Positions 42,623-53,544 of a stretch of 64,000 nt of DNA are shown here, one piece after another. Source of the DNA: Vicugna vicugna. Lineage: Eukaryota. Location of the stretch: positions 4,393,535 through 4,457,534 of the forward strand of contig MU058844.1 in the NCBI GenBank assembly GCA_013265495.1. The letters run 5' to 3'. Under the pieces are notes generated by a model. It was not told where the DNA came from and searched no databases. It saw only the letters and a list, made by a program, of their open reading frames with translations. How positions within the stretch are numbered: the stretch's first letter is position 1; every line of letters begins with the position of its first letter. The position numbers and the translations under genes were made by a program.

Positions 42623-42760
42623 CTCCTCTTCTCAGAGACTTCAGCGTCCAGACGCACCAGCCGCCAAGCAGAACTGCACTCTGGGATTTGGAGTCCTCAT
42701 CCCACGCCTTCTCAGCCTCCTAAACGCAGAGTCCCAGGACCCGGCTGAGGAATCTAAACG
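42623..42760 (-). other. TMTC3: TMTC3 non-coding exon 1 (5' boundary approximate)
   Basis: Minus-strand donor GAG|GTAGGC at 42623/42622 inside the CpG island; TSS not determinable from sequence. Confidence 0.6.
42675..42695 (-). promoter_or_regulatory. ZNF143 (SBS)/THAP11-type motif
   Basis: Minus strand GACTCCAAATCCCAGAGTGCA versus consensus-like GACTACAATTCCCAGAATGCA. Confidence 0.55.
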
Positions 42761-42799
42761 TAAAGCATTGCTCACAGTCGTGAAATATTGGCGACGCTT

Positions 42800-43003
42800 G
42801 CATCCGGGTCCTTGTTCCGGCCTCGGCGGGGTGGGAAATGGTGTTGCCTAGCAATCACCGCGGCTATTACTTGCTCTGGACCCGTTGGCGGGATCCCGTG
42901 TCGGATTGGAACCGCGCTGGGGAGCAGTGTGGAGTGGCCGCGGGGCCTGGCTGGGTGGGTGCGGTAGCAGAGTGGCCATCTCTGGTTACCAGGCTTTGTC
43001 TAG
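42800..43003 (+). other. CEP290: CEP290 non-coding exon 1 (5' boundary approximate)
   Basis: Donor TAG|GTCGGT at 43003/43004 in the CpG island; an alternative donor CTG|GTGAGC lies 14 nt downstream. Confidence 0.6.
42843..42856. promoter_or_regulatory. RFX X-box
   Basis: GTTGCCTAGCAAT, a near-palindromic match to GTNRCC(N0-3)RGYAAC with one terminal mismatch; RFX factors regulate ciliary genes. Confidence 0.7.
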
Positions 43004-43615
43004 GTCGGTGCATCCTGGTGAGCGGGAGCGGCAAGTCTTACCGCACGCAGGTTCCTTAAGCCTCAAGGCCCGTATACCATAGCCCAGCTTCCCCGCTTCA
43101 GCCTTTAGCCCGCAATCCGTCTACCTTCGGCTCGCTTCAGCCCTGGTTTCCCCAGCTCAGCTGCACTTATTTCAACCGTTTATCTACTCACTTTTTTTTT
43201 TAAACCCTTAGCTCCACTTCCCCGAATCAAGGGTTACTTTCAGCTTTCTAAGTACCCCTGCGTTTGGTACCATTACATGTTCGCGCGCCTTGGTGGTAAG
43301 GGGGCGTAGAGGAGGGGGAATCAGAATCTTAGTTCTGTCTTAGATTAGTTTTAGCGAGGAAGCCGTCATAATTTATTCAGCCTATAAAATATCTAATGGT
43401 TTGTGCCAATTGCTGTAATTTTGATCTAGGCTATTTTACCCACACATCTGTTATACAATTTAGGGGCCATAGCCCTTTGCTAACACCATAGAGAGTTATA
43501 ATAAGGTAATCTGTACAAGCTCTAAACTACTGTAAAAATAGTAATGCTGTTTACCTTGAAAATGCTAATACCCACTTGTTTTGTTAGAGAGTAAAGCACA
43601 GTGAAAGAATTCAAG

Positions 43616-43717
43616 ATGCCACCTAATATAAATTGGAAAGAAATAATAAAAGTTGACCCAGATGAGCTTCCTCGTCAAGAAGAATTGGCAGATAATCTAT
43701 TGATTTCATTATCCAAG
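43616..43717 (+). CDS. CEP290: CEP290 exon 2 coding part (exon starts ~43588; ATG 43616)
   Basis: MPPNINWKEIIKVDPDELPRQEELADNLLISLSK; donor AAG|GTACTT. Confidence 0.97.
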
Positions 43718-43869
43718 GTACTTAATTGATAAATAATACATAGATGTATACATACAACTGTGATTAATCAAAGTTGTCCATGAAATCACTGAATGGTACA
43801 AGTGGAAGGGTTCTTACATTTTGCTGAAGGGTTATAAAATATGAAATAGTTGCTTTTCTCTTTACTTAG

Positions 43870-43947
43870 GTGGAAGTAAATGAGCTAAAAAGTGAAAGTC
43901 AAGAAAATATGATACACCTTTTCAGAATTACTCAGTCACTAATGAAG
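43870..43947 (+). CDS. CEP290: CEP290 exon 3 (78 nt)
   Basis: VEVNELKSESQENMIHLFRITQSLMK; TAG acceptor, GTTTGT donor. Confidence 0.96.
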
Positions 43948-44947
43948 GTTTGTATGCAGTAGGTTTAATAATAGCTTTGACTTTTAGAGAAAGTTTAAGA
44001 AACTGTTCTAGTTCAATAAATTAATCTCTGTGAAAGTACTTTGTAATATGTAAACCACCACTAAAAAGTGAGATATCTTCAAAAGTGGATTGAGACTTTT
44101 AGGTGCAAAACATTATTAATTTCTGCTGTACAGTTCCTAAAAGAAATATGTAGGGGAAACAGAATGTATGTTTATCAAAGGATAGGGAGCTCCTATGCTA
44201 ATTATGTTAATATAATTTGTCAGTTATGTTAGCATAGTAGCTGACTACTATAGGGTTCTGTCAGGAGGGAAAGAGATTTAAGTGTGAGAAAATCCTATAA
44301 AGATCCAAGACTAAAGAGTAGTTTTGGGTAGGTGGAAAGCAGTGGTAAAGTTAAGGAGATTCTAGAGCTGGAGGTACCAAAAGTAAAAACTGGGAATAGA
44401 AAATAGGCATGTTCTTTCCATTTGAGGAGACAAGTGCAGAAAGCTTATAGCAGGTTGTAGAGGAAACAAATGACGGGTGTAGTTTGGAATAGGCTGTCCA
44501 GTGCCTTCAAAATGTATATCTTATGCTGTCAGTAGCCATTAAAGGTTTTTGAGCTACATTTGCTAGATATAAAAAACATGCCTTAAGGCTAAATGAGGAA
44601 TGTTAAAAGGACAAATTGAAGGGAAATTGAAGCTGTTAGCTTCAAATTAGCATAGAACAAAGTTGGTAGAAAACATTACAAAGGGAAAAGTTACAATACT
44701 AAATATAAGGCTTGTGGGAAAAAGAGAAATCAAAGATGTTTCAAAGTTTTAGGAATCTAGAAGTTACAGCCTTCAGTAAGAAAATCATCTATTCATTGAA
44801 CAAATATTTGCTGAATGTCTCCATGTACCAGGCATTGCAGGCACTAAGTACATATTGGGATAGCAAATAAAACAAAGTCCTTATTTCGAGTGCTTACTAT
44901 TCTAAAGTAAAGGCTTACTGAAATAGCTTTTTTAAAAAAATGTTTAG

Positions 44948-45017
44948 ATGAAAGCTCAAGAAGTGGAACTCGCTTTGGAAGAAGTTGAAAAAGCTGGAGA
45001 AGAACAAGCAAAATTTG
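44948..45017 (+). CDS. CEP290: CEP290 exon 4 (70 nt)
   Basis: MKAQEVELALEEVEKAGEEQAKF(E); TAG acceptor, GTACGT donor. Confidence 0.95.
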
Positions 45018-45318
45018 GTACGTACCTTGGAGAAGATTATTATGGTGTTAAATAGTGGATTGCATTTATTCACTAAGCAATAGAGAATTAGCTTTAATAT
45101 ATTCTATAAAATGTATATACTCAGTTTATTTTGAAAGATTTTTCTAGAATTCCTATTTCATGGATCAGGTACAAAATAGTTACTTTCTCTTATACCTTAT
45201 TATTGCAATCATGATAGAATCTTTAAAAAGAATTTATTTTATTATTTTATTAAAATTTATTTATAAGTTTATTTTGAGATAAATCTGACCAATTGACACA
45301 TTTCTTTTTTTCTAATAG

Positions 45319-45365
45319 AAAATCAATTAAAAACTAAGGTAATGAAACTGGAAAATGAACTGGAG
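45319..45365 (+). CDS. CEP290: CEP290 exon 5 (47 nt)
   Basis: (E)NQLKTKVMKLENELE; TAG acceptor, GTATGT donor; restores frame after exon 4. Confidence 0.95.
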
Positions 45366-47096
45366 GTATGTTCTTTTGTATTCACTGGAGTGTCACTGTT
45401 GTAAATTTTATTATTTTCAATTGTTATTTTCAAAGTTTTTCATTATAGTTAGCTGGAAAAATCACAGGAATGATAATTCTGTTTGTAATTGTTCAATATA
45501 TGTTTTGCATGCTTATTATGTACCTTAAATTCTACTAAGGATTGCATATCCAGTTGTGAACAAAATAAAGACATTGAATAATCTTACAGTCTAGAGAAAT
45601 ACGCAGAAAGATTACAATTGCTGAGGTGGAGTGAGGCACATTGGAATTTGAGGAACAGTGACAGAAGAGTACTGGGGAAGAAACTTTAGAGAAAGCCAAG
45701 AGCCAAAATGTGAGTGTATTGCTGAGGAGCTGAATACACTGAAATTACTGAAATTGTGGAAAGAATGTGATATAAATGGTTTAGCCTTTAAAAGGACCTT
45801 TTCGCTTTGTGATAGGAAGGGAGGAAGAATGGATGTATACAGAAGCTTTTTATGTTTGTAAGTTTTGTGCCTGGAATTTGAGAATGGGGATGTCGTCTGC
45901 TAAAAATAAGAGTGAGAGATGTGTGGTCAAATTTTAAGTCAGATAAAACCTTAAATATAGTGGAGAATGAACTGAAGATTTCATGACCTGGAATCAAGCA
46001 GTTCAAGTTCAAATCCTGATTCTTTAATATGTTAACTCTATGATCCTGAGTGGTTTATATTTTATTCCTTACTGTATATCCAACTCTTAGGGAAATAGCA
46101 GTCATTCTCAATAATGAGTTGTTAAGTGAATTATAAAGTCAGACTGATTCTGTGTTAGTGTTTAGCAAGGCAACTGCTATAGTATAGAAGAATAGGGTCG
46201 ATGGAGGTATTGGTATGAAAGTGGATAAAGTGATGACTATGAAATCTTAGCTAAATAGACAAGGAGGTCAAGATTGGGGTGGGAAGGAGAGGTTAAAGAG
46301 AAGAGGAGTTGAGGGATTAAAGGGTCCCATGTGGTAAAAGGGCAGGTATAATGTTAATAATTGTAAAAAGTTCCTGCTTGGACAAGATTCTAGTGTAGGG
46401 ATGGGAGTGGGAGGCTACAGTGAATTCAAGAAACAAGTTAAAAAAAAAAAGACCAGAATGAAAGTTATATAGATGGAATAGATGCAAGAATTGCTAGATT
46501 GCTTAAGGGGCTTCTGATGGGAGACTATGAGGTGGGTGCCAAAAATGAATTTTGTGAAGGAGTGATTGGGAAATTGGTAGTTTGCTGCTGCCGTAAGTAG
46601 GTAGTGATCAGATAGGTGGATATCATGTAAGACTGATAGCAGCTGGAGTTTTTACAGAATGGTAGAGGAACAATAGCCTAGAAATTACAGGTTGAGATAA
46701 ATCAACAACTTCTTTTGACCCTGGTGTATATGGGATGTGAATGAACGAGCATCTCCCAATTGAAAGATTGCCAAAGGCATTAGTGTACTAAAAGAGCCAA
46801 ACTGTAGCTAAAGCAAGGAGACGGACAGGATGATTCAGTAAAAAGGCTGAGGATGTAAAATATTAATTTATCTTGGAAGAGGATTTTCGAGAGCACAGTG
46901 GAAAGCTTTCTGAAGGAGGTAAAGACGGAGAAAATTTAGTTAAGGTGGAAAAATAACAGAGCTGTCTGGTGAAAAGATGAAGGTGAGACAGATTAGATGA
47001 CCAAAGGATTTGATGTTTTGGATCATGACCCGAAATAGCAGGAATGTGAGGTAAAATGTATTTAGTTTGCTGCAAGATTTTAAAGATAATCTAAGT

Positions 47097-47282
47097 AAGG
47101 GCTGTCCAATATGGTAGCACTAACTACTTGTGGCTATTAACATTTAAAGTAATTACAATTACAATTAAAAATTTAGTTCTTTAGTTGCACTGGCCACAAT
47201 TCAACTGCTCAGTAGACACATATAGGTAGTGGCTGCAGAGAGCATTTCCATTATCCTAGAAAGTCCTGTTAGATAAGCACTG
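47097..47282. mobile_element. MER3/MER33-like hAT MITE
   Basis: GGGCTGTCCAATATGGTAGC...GCATTTCCATTATCCTAGAAAGTCCTGTTAGA..GCACTG. Confidence 0.7.
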
Positions 47283-47589
47283 GTCTAAAGTAGTCCACGA
47301 TATGAGGAAAAGTGCAGGTTAAGAGCACTATGAGTCAGTCAGTTACTAGGGTGAAGTCTGGTGGTTTGTAGCCTGGTTCCAGAGCTCTGATCCTCATAGG
47401 AGTTCATTGCTTAGCTAATTCTGTGCCCTTGCAGTTTTCCCTGTTGCCTGTGGTTCAGCGGCTATAATAGCCTGAGTGATTGACAGTCAATTCTTCATAG
47501 CTCTGAGTGGCTCAGGAAAAGCTTAAGGGGTTGTCAGCCTGTAAACTAAAACATAAATAAGCTTAATTTAAAAAAAAAAGGTTTTAAAA

Positions 47590-47918
47590 TTTTTTTTTAA
47601 TTTTTAATTTTTTTTCCTTTTTTAAAATTGAAATATAGTAAGTTTACAATTTCTGGTGTACAGCATCATGTTTCAGTCATACATATACTTTTTTTTATAT
47701 TCTTTTTATTATAGGTTACTAAAAGATATTGAATATAGTTCCTTGAGCTATACAGTATATACTTGTTTATCTATTTTATATGTAGTAGTTAGTATCTGCA
47801 AATCTTGAACTCCCAATTTATCTCTTTCCACTGTTTTTCCCCCTCCAAAAACCATAAGTTTGTTTTCTATGCCTGTGAATCTGTTTCTCTTTTGTAAATA
47901 AGTTCATTAATGTCTTTT
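47590..47918 (-). mobile_element. Young L1 3' end (not inverted)
   Basis: Poly-T, then antisense L1 terminus (AATTGAAATATAGTAAGTTTACAAT...CCATAAGTTTGTTTTCTATGCCTGTGAATCTG). Confidence 0.85.
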
Positions 47919-48058
47919 AAAAAATGATTCTCAATTTTAAATATTTGGTGCTGATTATAATAAAATTTAAAATCAAAATAATTATTTGTTTGTTGTTGAT
48001 TCATTTGAATCTCCAAATGTAATATGATTAACTTATGCTTTTGGTTTATTGCTTTAAG

Positions 48059-48202
48059 ATGGCGCAGCACTCTGCAGGTGGACGTGATACTCGGTTTTTA
48101 CGTGATGAAATTCGCCAACTTGAAAAGCAATTGGAACAAAAAGACAGAGAACTGGAGGACATGGAAAAAGAGTTGGAGAAAGAAAAGAAAGTTAATGAAC
48201 AA
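48059..48202 (+). CDS. CEP290: CEP290 exon 6 (144 nt)
   Basis: MAQHSAGGRDTRFLRDEIRQLEKQLEQKDRELEDMEKELEKEKKVNEQ; AAG acceptor, GTAAGG donor. Confidence 0.96.
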
Positions 48203-49624
48203 GTAAGGCACATTTTTTCAATGGATCTTCAAGTTACCTAACACCTGTGTTTGCCTTATATAATTATTAGTAACAATACTAATTTTTATGTTTTATGTTA
48301 TATGTGAGAGTTGATGTACACTTATTTCTAAGGTTTTATATCACAGTTCATGTTATCATCACATCTTTAAAATATAATGGATCAGGTACTTCTAGTGAAT
48401 GTGTCCTAGAGATTAGTTTTTTACATTTGGAGGTACATTTTTCTCAGGGTGTTTGAATTGTTTACATAAAGTTGATTCGGTCTGGAATATTGGAATGAAA
48501 AACTTAATAGACATTCAAAACCAATTGATTTTTTAATTTGCCATAGTTTATTTTGGGAAAAAAGGTATTTATTTGTATTGATATTAGTAGTAAACTTGGA
48601 AATTAATCTTTATATGATGTACTCAATAATAATCAAATTTTTTATTTTCAGATGTATCTCACATGTAATACATAGGTTTTCAAAAAGTGTTAATGTCAGA
48701 ATTTTGTAAATCAATTTGTATTTTAAATCGACATCATCTTTTATATTAGCATGATTTTTTATTACCTCATATATTATGCTTGTTATTTATAAAATAACTC
48801 ATGCAATGTTCACTTAAATTTAGTTTGAGAAAAAAATAAGTTTTTTGCAGATAAACTTGTTTCCCCATAAGAAAACAGTATGTTTTCTATTTTGCCTCAG
48901 CTGTCAGTGAACTTAGTACAAAATTTGGTGCCTGTATGTAGTAACTGTCCCATCCCTGAATCCCAGAAGCTTTTTCTACCTTTGTGTCCTTTAGAAAGTC
49001 AATGTTGTATTACATCCTGATAACCTTATAATGTCTGTTGTTCTCTTTGAAATAGATGGTTGTGAACTTTAGGTAAACCACAGTGCTTATGAGGTGACAT
49101 TGCTATTTGAAAAGAATCCACTGTAGACCGATTTGTAAGGAAAAGCATCCTTACTCTTGATATATCTATTTTACTATATAATTTGAAAGTCATGTGAAAG
49201 TGAACTATCTATATAGTTTTTGCAGGAAAAAGTATGGATTGTTGCCACCTAAGGGTTAAGATAAGCTTTTGGAGGATTATGTGTTTAGTTGACTCAGTAA
49301 AACGTAACAGATCTATGGATTTCTTAATCATGAAGGATCTAACCTGTGCTACACTGTAGTAATAGGTTTACTTAGGGAGATGTCTGTCTGTGTGGTTTTC
49401 TGAATTATTGTTCTTCTGTTTAGCCCAGATATTAGTCAATTTCTCTTCATTGATACTACACACCGTTAGCTACTCTGAACTATCTTGTCCATTCATATCT
49501 TAGACTATTATCTTTATTCATAGGCACACACAGAAAACTTGAATAGATGGCCTCAGTACCTCTCCAGATGCTAGATTTCTTAAGAATATGGACGTGAGTT
49601 GCTTTGGCAATTTCTTCTTTGTCT

Positions 49625-50940
49625 TTAACCAATCATTCAGTTTTACTGAGTATTTATTGCATGCCAGAAACTGTGCTAGATACTAAAGATACAGTGGGCA
49701 ATGCTGTTCCGCTTCTCAGGGATATTCACCATCAATAATAAATGTAACGTAGGATAATATGATACTCTGGAGATACATAAGGATATAAGAATAGTATGGG
49801 GTACTCTGGAGAGGTATACCTGAATCAGTCTTGAGATTCAGAGTGATCTGTAAACTGAGACCTCAAGTAGGAGTTAGCCTGACACAGGAAATGAGATATA
49901 CTTGGTGGTTATGGAAAGGACATTTTGGGTAGCAGATACAGTGTTTGCTAAGACCTAGGGGTAAGAGGTAGCATGGTATATTCAGGGAACTACAATTATT
50001 CATTTAGGATGGAACATGTATAAAAATAGCTAGCATAGAGTTCTTACTAGGTGCTAGATATTTTACGTGCATTAGTTCATTATTCCCCATTTGGGATAGG
50101 TAACATTTCCCCTATGCTACAGAGGAAAAAACTGAGGCACAGAAAGGGTAAGTAATTGCCCATAGCTACATAGCTAATAAGTGAGAAAACCATGATTTGA
50201 TCCAGATTTACTCTAGAGTGTGTACTCTTAACCTCTGTGCTACCCTACCTCTGAGCTTTTAACATTTATGATCCTGTGGAAAGATAAGCAGAGGCCAATT
50301 CCTAAGGAATTTAGTCCTTTTTCTAAAAGGAGCCAATGAAGAATTTGGAACATATCATGATCAGATCTGTACTTTTCAAGTTTACTCTGCTTTGTGGAGA
50401 GTGAATTGAAGGGGTGCAAGGCTAGTAAGGAAACATTTGTACTAATTCAGGCAAGTGTGATGATAGACTAGTTAAAGAAGTAAATGTGGGGCATTAGGAC
50501 GTAGACACATTTGAGAGATGTAGATGTAATTAGATGTGATGAATGATTGGTTGTCTGCGAAGAGGGAGGAATGGGTAGTCCACCTAATTTTCTGGGTAGA
50601 GCCACTGGATAAGTGGATAGTGCTATTCACTTAGAACACAAGAAGTGCTTAGGAAGTTTGTGATTATTATTTGTTTTGTACATGTTGAATTTGAGGTTCC
50701 TGTGGGCATATTCAAAAAGAGTATCTGTGGATATGAAATTCATGAGAGACACTGGGTTGATGATAAAGATTTGTGGGTCATCAGCATAGATACTGAAGCC
50801 ACGAAAGTGGTTGTAAGGCAGATCTCTGAGGTATAGAAATGTCTAATGAGACAGGAAGAGGTGCTTCAAGGGACACAAATATCAAGAGTCTGATGTTTCA
50901 AAAACCAAAGGAAAAGAGCATCAGTAGTGTTAATTGCTTC
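49625..50940 (-). mobile_element. L2 fragments with nested MIR (~50025-50245)
   Basis: TTTACTGAGTATTTATTGCATGCCAG; GAGGAAAAAACTGAGGCACAGAAAGGGTAAGTAATTGCCC. Confidence 0.6.
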
Positions 50941-51894
50941 AGCCTTAAGTTCTTGACATTTCTCTTCTTGTTAAAATTTTCAAATTCAAAACAGGATGGA
51001 ACTGGTTCTTAACTCCTAGATAATAATAATAGATAAACTAAGACTTGTATAACACAGTGCATCTTATCATAAACTTTCTTTAAACTTTATTTTGAAAACT
51101 TTCCTATCTTCTTAAAGAGTGTAAGAAAGACAGTAAATACCCATGTACTCTTCATACAGGTTCACCAGTTAACACTGTGCTACGTATGCTTTCTCTGTCA
51201 GTATCCTTGTACACACATATTTCTCTCTTTCTCCTCTCCTCTTTTTGCTGAACCATTGAGTGTATTGCAGATATTGTGATATTTCATACTTACATATTTC
51301 AGCATGTTTCCACTGAAAGAAGAATTATATTCTCCTTTATAAAGAGAATTATATTCTCCAACGTAACTGCTATATAATTAGCATACTCATGAAATGTACT
51401 ATCAATTCAATACTGTTACCTAATCTCTAGTCCATAATCTGATTTCCCTTATTGGCATAATAAGAACCCCCTCCCCCAGTATCCAAGCGTCCATGCTTCT
51501 TTTTAACCATTTTGTTATACTGCCTTGTATTTCTAAGAAATTTAATGCTCACTGAGAGCAAAGAGTATTCTAGCCCTGATAATAGAAGAACTGCAAAATG
51601 ATAAAGGTCTTGGACAGAAGACTACTCATTATTACGTCTTGGGCTGGATGAGGGTAATGTTTTTGTTTTCTGTATCCTTTGGTTAGAGTTTTTTGTTGTA
51701 TGATTTTTTTTTAAACTCAACCTGCTTAACCCTTCTTAATCCTTAGTTTTCAAAATTTTGGCTTATTCATGTCTTGGGTCATCATGAGGTCCTTAGTAGT
51801 TAAACATTCTCTTCTTTATTGTGGAGGAACTGAAAACCTAATATTATAAAATTACTTCTGAATTTTATCATTCATTTGTTTTTTGCTATTTTAG

Positions 51895-51948
51895 TTGGCT
51901 CTTCGAAATGAGGAGGCAGAAAATGAAAACAGCAAATTAAGAAGAGAG
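51895..51948 (+). CDS. CEP290: CEP290 exon 7 (54 nt)
   Basis: LALRNEEAENENSKLRRE; TAG acceptor, GTTCGT donor. Confidence 0.93.
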
Positions 51949-52541
51949 GTTCGTAAAAAATTTTAGTAGTTGTGATGGTTCAACAGAGATGATTGTTTAA
52001 AGAGTTTTCATAAGTTTATACTGTAGCCAAAACTGGAGTCGTCTAAATAATTGATGTTTTCAAACTGTCTGATTTTATGATACAACTTTGTCTTAGGGAA
52101 ATAGAAGGTAAATTGAAAGGTGAAGACATTAAATAATACATTCATCTTTTAGGTCTGTGTGGGTAGCTCTTTGTTTTATAAGCTGTTCTTTGCTAGTTTG
52201 CTGTCTAAATATATGACTGGATTTCTACCTTATTTCTCATATTTTATCTAGCGTTCTTTTAAAACTTTTGTTTCTCATGAAATCTTACAAGTTTCAATTA
52301 TTATTTGGTTCTTTTAAGCCAAATAATGTTTGTACATTGTTTATCCTGATAGTAGTTCTTGCCTTTTCAGTATAATCAACTTTTTTTTGGTTTTGGTTGG
52401 TACTTAATATTCTTGCTTTCTTTGGTTATCCTTATTCTCCTAAATTTTCTTTTTGCTGTTTTCTTTAATTTCTAATTATTATTTTTAACTCTGTATTGCC
52501 TTTCTCATTTGTAATTACCTTTTTCCTGTCCTTTTCTGGAG

Positions 52542-52562
52542 AACAAACGTCTAAAGAAAAAG
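52542..52562 (+). CDS. CEP290: CEP290 exon 8, 21-nt microexon
   Basis: NKRLKKK; GAG acceptor after a long pyrimidine tract, AAG|GTGAGG donor. Confidence 0.88.
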
Positions 52563-52689
52563 GTGAGGCTTTAAGGGTGGTGAAACCTTGGGCATTTAGA
52601 GATATGTTTTGAGATGACTGTTTAGAGGGTGCAATTCTGTTTCTTTGGATAGTTTTTTTAATAGAATATTGTGTTTGATCTACCTTCAG

Positions 52690-52842
52690 AATGAACAGCT
52701 TCGTCAGGATATTATTGACTATCAGAAACAAATAGATTCACAAAAAGAAACACTTTTATCAAGAAGAGGAGAAGACAGTGACTATCGATCACAACTGTCT
52801 AAAAAAAACTATGAGCTTGTCCAATATCTGGATGAAATTCAG
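52690..52842 (+). CDS. CEP290: CEP290 exon 9 (153 nt)
   Basis: NEQLRQDIIDYQKQIDSQKETLLSRRGEDSDYRSQLSKKNYELVQYLDEIQ; CAG acceptor, GTAAAA donor. Confidence 0.97.
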
Positions 52843-52876
52843 GTAAAATGGATAGAAGTCAGTTCAAAGCAATATG

Positions 52877-52988
52877 TTTTTTGTTGTTGTTGTTTTTGTT
52901 TTTTTTAATGGAGGTACTAGGGATTGAACGCAGGACCTTGTGCATGCTAAGCATGCTCTCTACCACTGAGCTATACTAACCCTCCCCT
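52877..52988 (-). mobile_element. tRNA-derived SINE (camelid Vic-1-like) 35 bp downstream of the exon 9 donor
   Basis: Antisense of TATAGCTCAGTGGTAGAGAGCATGCTTAGCATGCACAAGGTCCTGCGTTCAATCCCTAGTACCTCCA plus tail; TSD-like TCAAAGCAAT / TCAAAACAAT. Confidence 0.85.
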
Positions 52989-53361
52989 CAAAACAATGAT
53001 TTTTTTTATAAAACTTTAATTTCATTTTAATGTAATTCTAGCATTTAGCTCTACATTTAAATTCTTTAAATCTGTAACTATGGGATTGTAAAAGGTGAAA
53101 TAAGTTGCGTCTTTGAAGTTGCAAATCTTACAAATTTGTTTCTGTTACATTCCTATCTTGGGCATTGTTTAAGAACTAAGATCCTTAGTTCCAGTTTTCT
53201 TGATATTTAATTTGATTTAATTGGCCAACAACAGTTGATACTAAATATCTATAAAGAATTCTGTTTTCTCCAACAGACACTTACGACTCTATTTAATTTT
53301 ACTTTAATTTAAATTTTAGTTTCTTAAATTTTTTTTAACTACAGTGTCTTTACCTTCTTAG

Positions 53362-53544
53362 ACTTTAACAGAAGCTAATGAGAAAATTGAACTTCAGAAT
53401 CAAGAAATGAGAAAAAATCTAGAGGAATCTGTACAGGAAATGGAGAAGATGACTGATGAATATAATAGGATGAAAGCTATTGTGCATCAGACAGATAGTA
53501 TAATGGACCAATTAAAAAAAGAAAATGATCATTATCGGCTTCAG
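53362..53544 (+). CDS. CEP290: CEP290 exon 10 (183 nt)
   Basis: [38 protein letters not shown]...NDHYRLQ; TAG acceptor, GTAAAA donor. Confidence 0.97.

Larger units (their letters stand above)
42100..43300. promoter_or_regulatory. CpG island / bidirectional promoter of TMTC3 and CEP290
   Basis: The only GC- and CpG-rich segment in the window; first-exon donors of the two divergent genes are about 380 bp apart (42623 minus, 43003 plus). Confidence 0.92.

Noticed and set aside
41961..43082. Cluster of 64-83 aa ORFs around the promoter
   Set aside because: GC-rich CpG-island sequence is depleted of stop codons; most start at non-ATG codons and show no protein-like features.
51672..51680. GTATCCTTT, a U12-type donor consensus near CEP290 exon 7
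   Set aside because: No upstream exon or matching U12 branch site identified; all mapped introns are U2-type; similar strings occur by chance elsewhere (15332, 51201).
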